DNA of 53,046 nucleotides from Spirochaetales bacterium (GCA_016928955.1 JAFGJV010000056.1:1-53046), one strand, 5' to 3'. Positions 27,478-36,213 are shown, numbered from the stretch's first letter. The notes: generated by a model not told the origin, from the sequence alone. Made by a program: numbers and translations.

Positions 27478-29031
27478 ATGAAACGTTTTGCACTCGCGCT
27501 TGCCGTCGTAGCCGCATTGTTCGCGGCGGCCTGCGTGAGCACGCCCAAGGCTCCGGCCTCGGCCGAGCTGGTCGTGCTGCATTTTAACGATTACCATGGC
27601 CAGCTGGCCGCGGACGCTAATGGCCAGGGTGGCATAGCCGCCATGGCTGGCTACGTGGCGTCTGTCCGCAAGGCCAACAAGAATGTGTTGCTCCTGAACG
27701 CCGGAGACATCAACACCGGCTCCATGGTGTCCGACAAGAACAACGCCCTGCCCGACATCGAGATATTCAACCAGATGAGCGTGGACGTCATGACCGTGGG
27801 CAACCACGAGTTCGACAAGGCGCCCGAGGTGATGGCCGCCCAGATAGCGGCGTCGGACTTCCCCTGGATTTCCGCCAACATCCGTAAGGGCGGCGCTCCG
27901 GCCTTCCTCCACTATGTGGTCAAGACCGTGGGCGGCCTCAAGGTCGGAATTTTCGGTCTCACCACGTCTGACACCCCCGTCAAGGCGCACCCGCTCAAGG
28001 TCGCCGAGTACGATTTCACCGACGAGATCGAAGCCGCGCGCGAGACCGTGCGCATCCTCCGCGAGCTCGAGCAGGTCAACGTGGTCATAGGCCTTTTCCA
28101 TACCGGTCTGGGTGAAGGTTCTGGCCCCACGCCCTCCGACAAGATCGCCGCGGCCGTGCCCGGCATCGACCTGATCGTGGACGGCCACAGCCACACCGAC
28201 ATGGCGGAGCCCGTCATGTCCGGCGGCACCCCCATCGTGATGGCCGCGTACAACGCCCGCAAGGTGGGCAAGGCCGTCATAGCCTTTGCCGACGGTAAGG
28301 CCAGCCTCAAGTCCTGGGAAGCCGTCCCCATGAACCTCAAGGACAAGGATGGCAAGCTCATAGGCGCCGCCGTTACCCCTGACGCCGGCACCGAGGCCCT
28401 TGTCAAAAAGTACGCCGACGAGATCAAGGCCGCGTACGCCGTGCAGGTGGCCACCACCAGTGCCGCGTTCGACATCGGCGACCGCCTGGTCCGCAAGCAG
28501 GAAACCCCGCTTGGCAACCTGGTGGCCGATTCCATGATCTGGAAAGTACGCGCCATGGGCATCAAGGCCGACTTTGCCGTGACCAACGGCGGCGGCATCC
28601 GCAAGAGTATCCCTGCCGGCGTTGTCACCAGGATGAACGCCTATGAGGTTCTGCCCTTCGGAAACACCCTGGCCTACTTCGAGATGACCGGCGCCAAGGT
28701 CATGGAGCTGTTTGCCAACGTTGGCAAGATCAGCCCGGGCAACGGCGGCTGGGCCAACATGTCGTCCGACGTCCGCTACACGGTGGACCTGAGCGACAAA
28801 GCGGTTAAAGACCTGACCATAGGCGGCAAGCCCGTGGACATGAACAAGACCTACATTGTCGTGACCAACGACTTCCTGGCTGTCGGCGGCGACGGTGTCT
28901 ACCCGGTGTTCGGCGCGCTGAAGTTCAAGGATACCTTCCTTGACATGCTGGAAGGCTTCATCGAGTACATGAAGCAGCTGCCCCAGCCCCTGACCCCGGC
29001 CACCGATGGCCGCGCCAAGCTGGTTCCCTGA
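27478..29031 (+). CDS. Bifunctional metallophosphatase/5'-nucleotidase, lipoprotein
   Basis: Leader ending AAAC; NDYHG, AGD, GNHEFD, DGHSH, NGGGIR, LPFGN. Confidence 0.93.
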   Translation: MKRFALALAVVAALFAAACVSTPKAPASAELVVLHFNDYHGQLAADANGQGGIAAMAGYVASVRKANKNVLLLNAGDINTGSMVSDKNNALPDIEIFNQMSVDVMTVGNHEFDKAPEVMAAQIAASDFPWISANIRKGGAPAFLHYVVKTVGGLKVGIFGLTTSDTPVKAHPLKVAEYDFTDEIEAARETVRILRELEQVNVVIGLFHTGLGEGSGPTPSDKIAAAVPGIDLIVDGHSHTDMAEPVMSGGTPIVMAAYNARKVGKAVIAFADGKASLKSWEAVPMNLKDKDGKLIGAAVTPDAGTEALVKKYADEIKAAYAVQVATTSAAFDIGDRLVRKQETPLGNLVADSMIWKVRAMGIKADFAVTNGGGIRKSIPAGVVTRMNAYEVLPFGNTLAYFEMTGAKVMELFANVGKISPGNGGWANMSSDVRYTVDLSDKAVKDLTIGGKPVDMNKTYIVVTNDFLAVGGDGVYPVFGALKFKDTFLDMLEGFIEYMKQLPQPLTPATDGRAKLVP

Positions 29032-29088
29032 GTTGTAAGCCGGCGGCTCATGGCCGTCGGCTGTTTTTCTGCCATGCTAGGCCAGATC

Positions 29089-29124
29089 GCGACCCGGACC
29101 GCAGCGCGGTTCGGGTCGTTTTTT
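29089..29124 (+). terminator. Intrinsic terminator
   Basis: CGACCCGGACC..GGTTCGGGTCG followed by a T-run. Confidence 0.7.
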
Positions 29125-29896
29125 ATACCGCCAGGGCAGCGGCAAGGAGAAGGACGCTCAGCTCGCCAAGCTCAACGGCGGCTCCCAGGGCGTCGCCGGA
29201 CACGCTGCCGAAGGTCTTTCTGTACCACAGGGCGGGCGGAAGGGCTCCGAGCAGGGCGGCGGCCGCTCCCAGGGGTATGGCAAGGGCCGCGCCAAGCGCC
29301 CCGTAGGCAAGACCGGCCAGCAGGGCGGCGGGAGCGGCCGCGCTTACAAAGCCCGCTACCCCCGCGGCCGGCTTGGCCTCCGATAGGATGGAACCAAGCC
29401 CGGATCCATCGGACGGCGGGGCCAGCCAGGCGGCTATCAGGGCCGACAGTCGGCCGGCGGCCGGAGCCAGGGCCAAGCAGGCCCAGGCCAGGGCTCCAGA
29501 GCCGAGCACCGTGGCAAGGGCGGCTATCCTGGCGGATAGGGTAAGGACGGCGGCGAATACCCCGAACGAGCCCAGCCGTGGATCCTTCAGGGCCTCACGC
29601 CTCCGTTCCGCGTCGCCCGTAACGCCAAGGGCGTCGGCCGTGTCGGCCAAGCCGTCAAAATGGAACAGGTTGAAGGCCAGATACTGGACCGTCACGGCGC
29701 TTATGGCCGACAAAACGCCCGGCCCAAAAAGGGCAAGCCCCACTGCCGCCCCGGCCATGGCCGCTATCGAGGCCGGAATGCCCACCAGGGGGAGCATCCA
29801 CCCAACGGACGAGTAATCAGGAGCCGTTTCCAGCCTGACCGGCACGCGGGACATGAGTGAAAAAACGCTTGCCGCCCGGTGGAGCAGGGGTTTCAT
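29123..29896 (-). CDS. cobS: Adenosylcobinamide-GDP ribazoletransferase
   Basis: HFDGLADTAD, LKDPRLGSFG, GSVSGDALGAAVE; multi-TM. Confidence 0.93.
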   Translation of the reverse strand: MKPLLHRAASVFSLMSRVPVRLETAPDYSSVGWMLPLVGIPASIAAMAGAAVGLALFGPGVLSAISAVTVQYLAFNLFHFDGLADTADALGVTGDAERRREALKDPRLGSFGVFAAVLTLSARIAALATVLGSGALAWACLALAPAAGRLSALIAAWLAPPSDGSGLGSILSEAKPAAGVAGFVSAAAPAALLAGLAYGALGAALAIPLGAAAALLGALPPALWYRKTFGSVSGDALGAAVELGELSVLLLAAALAV

Positions 29897-30606
29897 GGGT
29901 GGCTTCCTTTCTCCGGGGACGAGTCGAGACCGCGCATCAGGTTCAGGCAGGGTTCCAACTCATGCCACGAGAACAGCTCAAGCTCTATCACGCCGGGAAA
30001 ACCTTTCAGGAAATCCGCAAGGCCGGCTAGCCAGGGCTCGTCGGGGCCAAAGGGTACGTGGTCGTTGCGGCCGTTCCAGCCATGGGCGTGGATTTCTGCC
30101 ACCCTGTCCGCGCGGGAAAGGGTCCAGACCGCCGGATCCCGACCCTCCATGGCCAGGTGGCCAAGATCCGCGCAGAGCGGGGGCGGTCCGTATGCCGACT
30201 CGGCAAGGGCCGCGTCGGCGGGCTCGAAATCCGCCAGGCGCGTGTTTTCCAGAAAAAATCGGCGCTGGCCAAACGTGGCACGCCATTCATCCAGAAGCCG
30301 CGTGAACGCCGGGATGCCCGACCGGTCCCGCGGCGGGTGCACCACAAAGGATTCCGCCAGGCCATCCAGGCGTTCCACCAGCGAACGCTGGCCAGGCAGC
30401 AGGGGATCGGGGAGATGGGCCGTGAACGAGAACTGTCTGCGGGCATCCGTGAGCTCGGGCAGCTCGCGGGCGAACAAGGCCTCCACATCGTCGTCGTACA
30501 TGAAAAAGAGGAGTTCAACCTGGCGTTGGTCGGTGTTCGCTTCCAGCCAGCGCAGGTTCTCGGCGTAGGTGCCGGGTATCACGTAAGACGGTACGGACAG
30601 CCTCAT
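29893..30606 (-). CDS. cbiR: Probable cobamide-remodelling phosphodiesterase (CbiR-like, AP endonuclease 2 / TIM barrel)
   Basis: PSYVIPG, VELL, HLP, HP, LEN, DLGHL, EIHAHG, DH, ELELF pattern; translationally coupled between cobU and cobS. Confidence 0.7.
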   Translation of the reverse strand: MRLSVPSYVIPGTYAENLRWLEANTDQRQVELLFFMYDDDVEALFARELPELTDARRQFSFTAHLPDPLLPGQRSLVERLDGLAESFVVHPPRDRSGIPAFTRLLDEWRATFGQRRFFLENTRLADFEPADAALAESAYGPPPLCADLGHLAMEGRDPAVWTLSRADRVAEIHAHGWNGRNDHVPFGPDEPWLAGLADFLKGFPGVIELELFSWHELEPCLNLMRGLDSSPEKGSHP

Positions 30607-31092
30607 TTACTTGACCCTGAGCGGAATGCCGGCGACCATGAGCTCCACGGCGTCCGCGGCGGCGGCCAGGCGGGCATTGGCCAGGCCAAGGGCCACGCCG
30701 TAGCGGCGGGACAGAGGATCGGCGGGTATGACGCCCATGCCAATCTCGTTGGTCACCAGCACGGCGTCCTCGGGCATGGCGGCTATGAAGCGGTCCAGGA
30801 TGGCTTCCCAGTCCTGCTCTCGTTCCTGGAAAAACAGGTTGTTGAGCCACATGGGCACGCAGTCCAGCACCATCCGTGGCCCGATGGCGCGGTCTATGTC
30901 GATGGGTTCCTCGCGGGTGACGAATTCCGGACCGCGCTCGGCCTTGTGCCTGGCTATGCGGTCGCGCATTTCGTCGTCAAACGGCAGGGCGGTGGCTACA
31001 AAGAGGCGGGAGCCATCCGGAAAAGCCCTGGCCAGCTCCAGGGCCCGTGTGCTTTTGCCGGATTTGACACCGCCCGTAATTAGGGTACGCAT
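30607..31092 (-). CDS. cobU: Adenosylcobinamide kinase / cobinamide-phosphate guanylyltransferase
   Basis: GGVKSGKS P-loop, RIARHKAER, LDC..W..N, VTNEIGMG. Confidence 0.93.
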   Translation of the reverse strand: MRTLITGGVKSGKSTRALELARAFPDGSRLFVATALPFDDEMRDRIARHKAERGPEFVTREEPIDIDRAIGPRMVLDCVPMWLNNLFFQEREQDWEAILDRFIAAMPEDAVLVTNEIGMGVIPADPLSRRYGVALGLANARLAAAADAVELMVAGIPLRVK

Positions 31093-31098
31093 GGCCTG

Positions 31099-31185
31099 AC
31101 CATAGCCGGGGCCGACCTGTCCGTCAAGCAAAACCGTCTTGGCGACCCTTATGCTCTTGCGCCCGCGGCCAGAGGCCGCTAGCAT
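31099..31185. promoter_or_regulatory. Back-to-back promoters for cobU (-) and the DinB-family gene (+)
   Basis: Minus TTGACG-N17-TATGGT-N6-ATG; plus TTGCGC-N17-TAGCAT-N7-ATG; no SD before either ATG. Confidence 0.6.
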
Positions 31186-31192
31186 TGACCGC

Positions 31193-31684
31193 ATGCGTAC
31201 CGACATACGTCTTCTTCTGGACTACGCGGACGACGAATTCGATGGCGCGTCGTTCAACGGGCCTTCCTTGATGAAGACCCTGGACGGCCTGTCCGCAGAG
31301 GCGGCCGCGGACAGGAACACCTTTGAGGGCTACAGCGCCTGGGACGTGGCCCTTCACTGCCTGTTCTACAAGTATTTTATCGCCAGGGAATTCGGCAAGG
31401 CCGGCCCGCTCGAGCCCTATCCGTACGAAGAGGGCAATTTCGCGGAGCGCGGGCCGACCGACGAGGGGAGCTGGGCGGCCCTGAGGGCGTACATGCGCAA
31501 GGCCCACGCCGTATGCCGCGACGCGATAGCGCGCGCCACCGACGACGAGTTGGCGGAGCTGGTGCCGTCATGGAAGGTGTCCAGGGGCAAGGCCGCGGCG
31601 TGGCTGGCCGGGCACGACACGTACCACACGGCCCAGATCCGGAGCATGGGCGTACCCGGCATCAGGGAACCTTGGAAACGGTGA
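31193..31684 (+). CDS. DinB/YfiT-like superfamily protein
   Basis: SAWDVALH and HDTYHTAQI histidine triad. Confidence 0.8.
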   Translation: MRTDIRLLLDYADDEFDGASFNGPSLMKTLDGLSAEAAADRNTFEGYSAWDVALHCLFYKYFIAREFGKAGPLEPYPYEEGNFAERGPTDEGSWAALRAYMRKAHAVCRDAIARATDDELAELVPSWKVSRGKAAAWLAGHDTYHTAQIRSMGVPGIREPWKR

Positions 31685-31761
31685 GCCCAGGCCTTCCGCT
31701 GAAATACCCGGCGGCCCGTTAGCCGCCTACCAGCAAAGCCGCTTGCTTTGCCAGCGGCCCG

Positions 31762-33519
31762 TCAGCCGCCCGGGGCTTCCCTGATCTTGAGCACCAGCGA
31801 CGATCGTCCTCGGTCGTCCGTCTCCTGCCTGAGCGCCGAGCCGTGGAGCTCGATCAGCCGGCGGGCAAGGGGCAGGCTGATGGCGCTTGGCTTGCCGCCG
31901 TCCTTCCCGCCGGAATCCAGGACGCCGTACTCGGCCATGGCGCGGTCTATGTCATCCAGCTCTATGCCGCGTCCTTCCATGGCGATCCTGATCTCCACGC
32001 CGTCTTGGGCGGGCGACGCCGATACCACGGGCGCTGCCGTTTCGGACCGTGCCTGGGCGGCGGCCAGGAGGGATGCCAGCGCCTTGCGCAGGCGCGCCCT
32101 GTCTGCCGCTATGGGCCTGAGCCCCTGGGGCACGTTGAGCACGGCCGAGCTCCCGGCTTCGGCCGCCGCCTCGGCGAGCAGGGTCGGTACGTCGGTGGCC
32201 TCTATGACCAGTTCCAGCTTTCCAGCCTCTATCCGGGCCATGTCCAGCACCTGGTCCACCAGGGTGGCCAGTTGCCTGCCTGCGCCCTCCACCCTGCGCA
32301 ACATGGATTGCTGGGCATCGGAGAGGGACCCGTGGAGGCCCTCCGCAAGGAGCATGCTGTAATTGAGTACCGCGTTGACGGGTGCGTTCAGCTCGTGGGA
32401 CATGGCGGCCAGGAATCGTGATTTGACGCGGGACGCCTCCTCGGCCTCCAGTCGGGCGGCCATGGCCCTGCCGTACAGGCGGGCATTATGCACGGCTATG
32501 GCGGCGAAACTGGCCAGGGCCTCGCAGAAACTGAGGTCGGCCGGCAGAAAGCCCGTTTCGTCGGTTCCCCGCCATACCGCTAGGACGCCCAGCACGGAAT
32601 TCCTGAACGACAGCGGGGTTGCCAGAAGCTTTTCCTGAACCCGGTCCTCGGGCGTGCCGTGCAGGTGGATGCCCCGCGAGTCGTTGTACGTGTCGTTGAC
32701 GATCTCGCCGACGCCGCTTTGCGCCACGGTGCCTACGATGCCCTCGCCCAGGCGCACGGTGTCCGCCTGGACTTCCGCGGCGGATATGCCTTTGACGGCC
32801 ACGGCGCTCAGGGTTCCCGTGGACTGATCCATGATATACACGGCGCTGGTGTCGCGGGTGAGCAGCTCCCAGGCACGTTCGGCTATCACCGACAGGACGG
32901 AGCTGTATTCAAGTGATGACGTCAGCTCCCTGGATATTTCCAGGAGCACCCGATTTTCCATAGCCCTGCGCGCAGCCTCGTTGGCCGTGCGGGCACCGGC
33001 CAGGGCGCCTGCCGCCGTGGCCGCTATGGACTCCAGCATGGAAACGTCTTCCGGCGTGAAGAAGCCCTCGGTCTCAAGGTTCTGCACGGACAGAACGCCG
33101 AACGCCTCGCCGTTCCACAGCAGGGGGACGCCCAGCCAGGATTTCGGGCTCTTTTTGTCCACCCGTATGGAGCCCAGCCGGTTCAACGTGTTTTCCGTGT
33201 CGTTCTGAATCAGCAGGGGCGACTTGCGGTCCATGACGACGCTGGTCAGGCCGGCGCCGTAGCGATAGGGCGGCAACTCGGTCCTGATCCCGTCGCTCAT
33301 GAGGAAGGGCGTTTCCCACTGCGTGCGGTCTTCGCTGGCTATGGCGATGTACACGGTCTCCGTGCGGAAAATCTCGGCCAGGATCTCGCCGATGCGGGAG
33401 CACAGGGAGCCGATGTCTATCTCAGAGGACACCGCCAGGGCTATCCTGTTCAGGATTTCCAGGCGTTTGTCGGCCGGGTTCTGCGTGTTGTTGCCGTCAC
33501 CCTGCTTGCCGGCAGGCAT
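31762..33519 (-). CDS. GAF-GAF-HisKA sensor with degenerate HATPase domain
   Basis: SWLGVPL..FGVLSVQ and LATPL..LGVLAV GAF motifs; FLAAMSHEL H-box; N/G boxes decayed. Confidence 0.85.
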   Translation of the reverse strand: MPAGKQGDGNNTQNPADKRLEILNRIALAVSSEIDIGSLCSRIGEILAEIFRTETVYIAIASEDRTQWETPFLMSDGIRTELPPYRYGAGLTSVVMDRKSPLLIQNDTENTLNRLGSIRVDKKSPKSWLGVPLLWNGEAFGVLSVQNLETEGFFTPEDVSMLESIAATAAGALAGARTANEAARRAMENRVLLEISRELTSSLEYSSVLSVIAERAWELLTRDTSAVYIMDQSTGTLSAVAVKGISAAEVQADTVRLGEGIVGTVAQSGVGEIVNDTYNDSRGIHLHGTPEDRVQEKLLATPLSFRNSVLGVLAVWRGTDETGFLPADLSFCEALASFAAIAVHNARLYGRAMAARLEAEEASRVKSRFLAAMSHELNAPVNAVLNYSMLLAEGLHGSLSDAQQSMLRRVEGAGRQLATLVDQVLDMARIEAGKLELVIEATDVPTLLAEAAAEAGSSAVLNVPQGLRPIAADRARLRKALASLLAAAQARSETAAPVVSASPAQDGVEIRIAMEGRGIELDDIDRAMAEYGVLDSGGKDGGKPSAISLPLARRLIELHGSALRQETDDRGRSSLVLKIREAPGG

Positions 33520-33669
33520 GTAGCGCCCTTTCCGGGGCCGTTACGCAGCACGATGCCGCCGTGCGGACACGGGCCGGCCCCCGACAACCAGTGTAGGCTG
33601 ACGGGAGCTCCTCTGCAAGGCGGGCCATGCCCGTTGGCTGCGTGACCCGGTGGCTGTCCGGATGCGCCC

Positions 33670-34356
33670 TCAGGTCACCCTTTCCCTGGCGCGCTCATAG
33701 GCCGTGCCGCCGTTGGCTGACGGCGCACCGGCAGGCTCGGCCACGCTGAATATGGACCGGACGCCTTCCCACACCCTGCGCATGCTGGCCGAGGGATCGA
33801 TCATGTCGTTGCCCCGGGACCATTCTGTCAGGAGGAGGGCGACCGCCCCTATCAGACTCACGGCCAGGGTATCCACGTCCATGTCTGCCGGAATCTGGCC
33901 AATATCCTGGGCCTCCCTGAGGCAATCTATGACCCGTTCTCGGGAGGCGGCCCGGATGTCTTCCAGCCTTTGCCTGAGGGCGGCGTATTGCCTGAAGATG
34001 GGATCTGCGTGTATGACCAGGTACCCGAATTCCACGGAGTCTTGCAGCACGTCCACCAGGTCCTCGTAGGCGGCGTGCAGGCGCTCAAGGCCGGGCGTGT
34101 CGCAGTCCAGAAAACGCACTTCCAGGCGGCGGAAAAAAAATTCCACCACGGTGAACAGCGCCTCGAACAAACCATCAACACCGGCAAAGTGCCTGAAAAT
34201 GGCCGGTTCGGTCACTCCAGCCCTGGCTGCTATGTTTTTCAGTGTTGCCGAACGGGGGCCTTCCTCGCGCATAACCAGGGCGGCTGCTCGGAGGAGCGAC
34301 GTTTTGGCCTTGGAAAAAGGCCAGTCATGGCCAAAAGGCGATATTTCCACGTTCAT
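33670..34356 (-). CDS. TetR/AcrR family transcriptional regulator
   Basis: ATLKNIAARAGVTEPAIFRHF HTH. Confidence 0.92.
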   Translation of the reverse strand: MNVEISPFGHDWPFSKAKTSLLRAAALVMREEGPRSATLKNIAARAGVTEPAIFRHFAGVDGLFEALFTVVEFFFRRLEVRFLDCDTPGLERLHAAYEDLVDVLQDSVEFGYLVIHADPIFRQYAALRQRLEDIRAASRERVIDCLREAQDIGQIPADMDVDTLAVSLIGAVALLLTEWSRGNDMIDPSASMRRVWEGVRSIFSVAEPAGAPSANGGTAYERARERVT

Positions 34357-34481
34357 AAAACGATGGTATTCCCGAAACCGATTTTTGTGAAGATAAAAAA
34401 TGAACAAATTGGTCATAAATACGGGTGACGCTTGTTAGTATATTTTCCTCACAAAGGGACCCTATCCTGGAGGTACATGCC

Positions 34482-35051
34482 ATGCGAACGCCACGTGGAG
34501 CGGTGTTGATCCCCGTGCTTGCGGGGACGATCCTGTCAGTTTCCTGCGCGGCCGGCGCCGAACCGGCCACCTATTCAGGAGGTGCGTATATGAGCAAGGC
34601 CGAAGCGGCTGACGTTTGTTTTGTTGAACCCACGGAGGAACTCAGAGCCCGCCTGAGTCCCGAACAGTGGGCCGTGCTGGTGGACGCTGCCACCGAACCG
34701 CCGTTCCGCAATCCGTACTGGAACAACCACGAACCCGGTGTATATGTCGACGCGATAGACGGCACGCCCCTCTTTTCCAGCCAGGCAAAATTCGACTCGG
34801 GCACGGGCTGGCCCAGTTTCTGGACGCCCATAGAACCGGACAGGCTTCTGCTGATTGAGGACCTGTCCCTGGGCATGAGGCGCGTCGAGGTGCGGGCCAA
34901 GGCGTCCGGCGGCCATCTGGGGCACGTGTTCGACGACGGGCCGCAGCCTACCGGCCTCCGCTACTGCATCAATTCCGCCGCCCTGCGGTTCATTCCGGCG
35001 GCCGAGCTTGTGGCGGCCGGATACGCCGAACTGGCCGCGTCGTTCCAATAG
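34482..35051 (+). CDS. msrB: Peptide-methionine (R)-S-oxide reductase with N-terminal lipoprotein-like leader
   Basis: TEPPF, KFDSGTGWPSF, RVEV, HLGHVFDDGP, LRYCINSAAL; alternative start at 34590. Confidence 0.93.
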   Translation: MRTPRGAVLIPVLAGTILSVSCAAGAEPATYSGGAYMSKAEAADVCFVEPTEELRARLSPEQWAVLVDAATEPPFRNPYWNNHEPGVYVDAIDGTPLFSSQAKFDSGTGWPSFWTPIEPDRLLLIEDLSLGMRRVEVRAKASGGHLGHVFDDGPQPTGLRYCINSAALRFIPAAELVAAGYAELAASFQ

Positions 35052-35057
35052 CGGGCG

Positions 35058-35087
35058 CAAAAAAACGCCCGGGCTGTGCCGGGCGTT
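35058..35087 (-). terminator. Intrinsic terminator (likely for the OMP gene)
   Basis: AAAAAAACGCCCGG..CCGGGCGTT. Confidence 0.7.
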
Positions 35088-35115
35088 GATGGCGCGGATG
35101 GATGCGCGGTCTACA

Positions 35116-35150
35116 GGGGGCCTCTAAAACATCAGTTTTTAGAGGTTCCC
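35116..35150. mobile_element. 35-bp minimal copy of the palindromic element
   Basis: GGGGGCCTCTAAAAC ATCA GTTTTTAGAGGTTCCC flanked by direct repeat TACA (35112-35115, 35151-35154). Confidence 0.75.
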
Positions 35151-35791
35151 TACAGCTTGAACAATACGGACACGCCGGCGTCCAAGCGCAGGGGTATGAT
35201 GCCCGCGTCGTACCCGGCGTTTTTGGCCGACCTCACGGCGTCGCTTTCAGCCTCCGTAAGGAAGCGTAACCCGAGCATGAGCCTGCCGCGTATGACGGCT
35301 TTCGGGCTCAGCTTGAGGTCTGCCCCCGCTCCGAGCTTGGCCCAGAACAGGTGCTGTTTCTCCAGTTCGTTGCCGTCCTGGTCCTTGTTCACGACGTTGA
35401 GCGCAGCCAGGATGCCGCCTGCCGGGAACCAGGTGAGGCCTTTCTTGCTTATGGGGTATTTGAACAGGCCTTCAAGGGTCAGATAGAGGATATCGTCGCT
35501 TATTTCCTGGGTATCCTCCGTGGTTGTAAGGCTCCCCAAAAAATCGGTAGTGGTTTTTCTGGTAAAATCCCCGACGGGGAACATGAGGCATAGGCGGCCT
35601 TCCAGGAATTTGCCGTCTATCACGCCGCCCACTGTCAGGTAGTTCATCGTGAGCACCGTCTTGACATGGCCAGCGTACATCTCGTTGCTGATGGTCCAGG
35701 TGGGCGATATCTCCACCGAGGGGCCCAGGTTTTGGGCATGGGCAGTTACCGCGAGGGCAAGCAGGATTGCCGCCAAAGCTACGCGTTTCAT
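35150..35791 (-). CDS. Putative small outer-membrane beta-barrel protein
   Basis: SPase I leader (TAHA-Q), alternating amphipathic strands, C-terminus DAGVSVLFKL. Confidence 0.7.
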   Translation of the reverse strand: MKRVALAAILLALAVTAHAQNLGPSVEISPTWTISNEMYAGHVKTVLTMNYLTVGGVIDGKFLEGRLCLMFPVGDFTRKTTTDFLGSLTTTEDTQEISDDILYLTLEGLFKYPISKKGLTWFPAGGILAALNVVNKDQDGNELEKQHLFWAKLGAGADLKLSPKAVIRGRLMLGLRFLTEAESDAVRSAKNAGYDAGIIPLRLDAGVSVLFKL

Positions 35792-36004
35792 GGGGACTCC
35801 TTGCTACGGGCCCTCCGGGGGATGCCATTGCGGAGGGCGGGGACGCCAAACATCAGGGTGTTCAGAGCCCCTCTGGTAAAAATTTCACGCGTTTTCCGGA
35901 GAAAACGTCTGGAGTTTCCGGATGCCTTAAAAGGAATCCGTTCCGCACAGTTGCTATGCCATACGAGCCAATTTCGAAACTCGTCCGGCTTTTGAAAGAG
36001 CCTC

Positions 36005-36033
36005 ATAGTATAAAGGCAGGGGCTCCAGGTCAA
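36005..36033 (-). promoter_or_regulatory. Sigma70-type promoter of the OMP gene
   Basis: Minus strand TTGACC-N17-TACTAT. Confidence 0.55.
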
Positions 36034-36129
36034 GTAGCTGAACGAACATTCACTCAAACGCTACTAGGACCTACCGGCCGGGCTGATCTCGGAGGTCCTG
36101 TGCGTGGCCGCCGTTCCGCGCTCCCGTCA

Positions 36130-36158
36130 TTGACAAAGCCTTTGGGTGGCAGTATTCT
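36130..36158 (+). promoter_or_regulatory. Sigma70-type promoter of the IclR gene
   Basis: TTGACA-N17-TATTCT. Confidence 0.65.
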
Positions 36159-36213
36159 GCCAGAGGCGTTTCAAAAAAACTACCGTATATTTTGTCTTTA
36201 GAAACGGAGCCCG

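Noticed and set aside
31093..31192. Cobalamin riboswitch upstream of cobU
   Set aside because: Only 100 bp, filled by two promoters; no B12-box seen
35945..35962. Sigma54 promoter-like TGGCATAGCAACTGT on the minus strand
   Set aside because: The -12 element is GT, not the required GC
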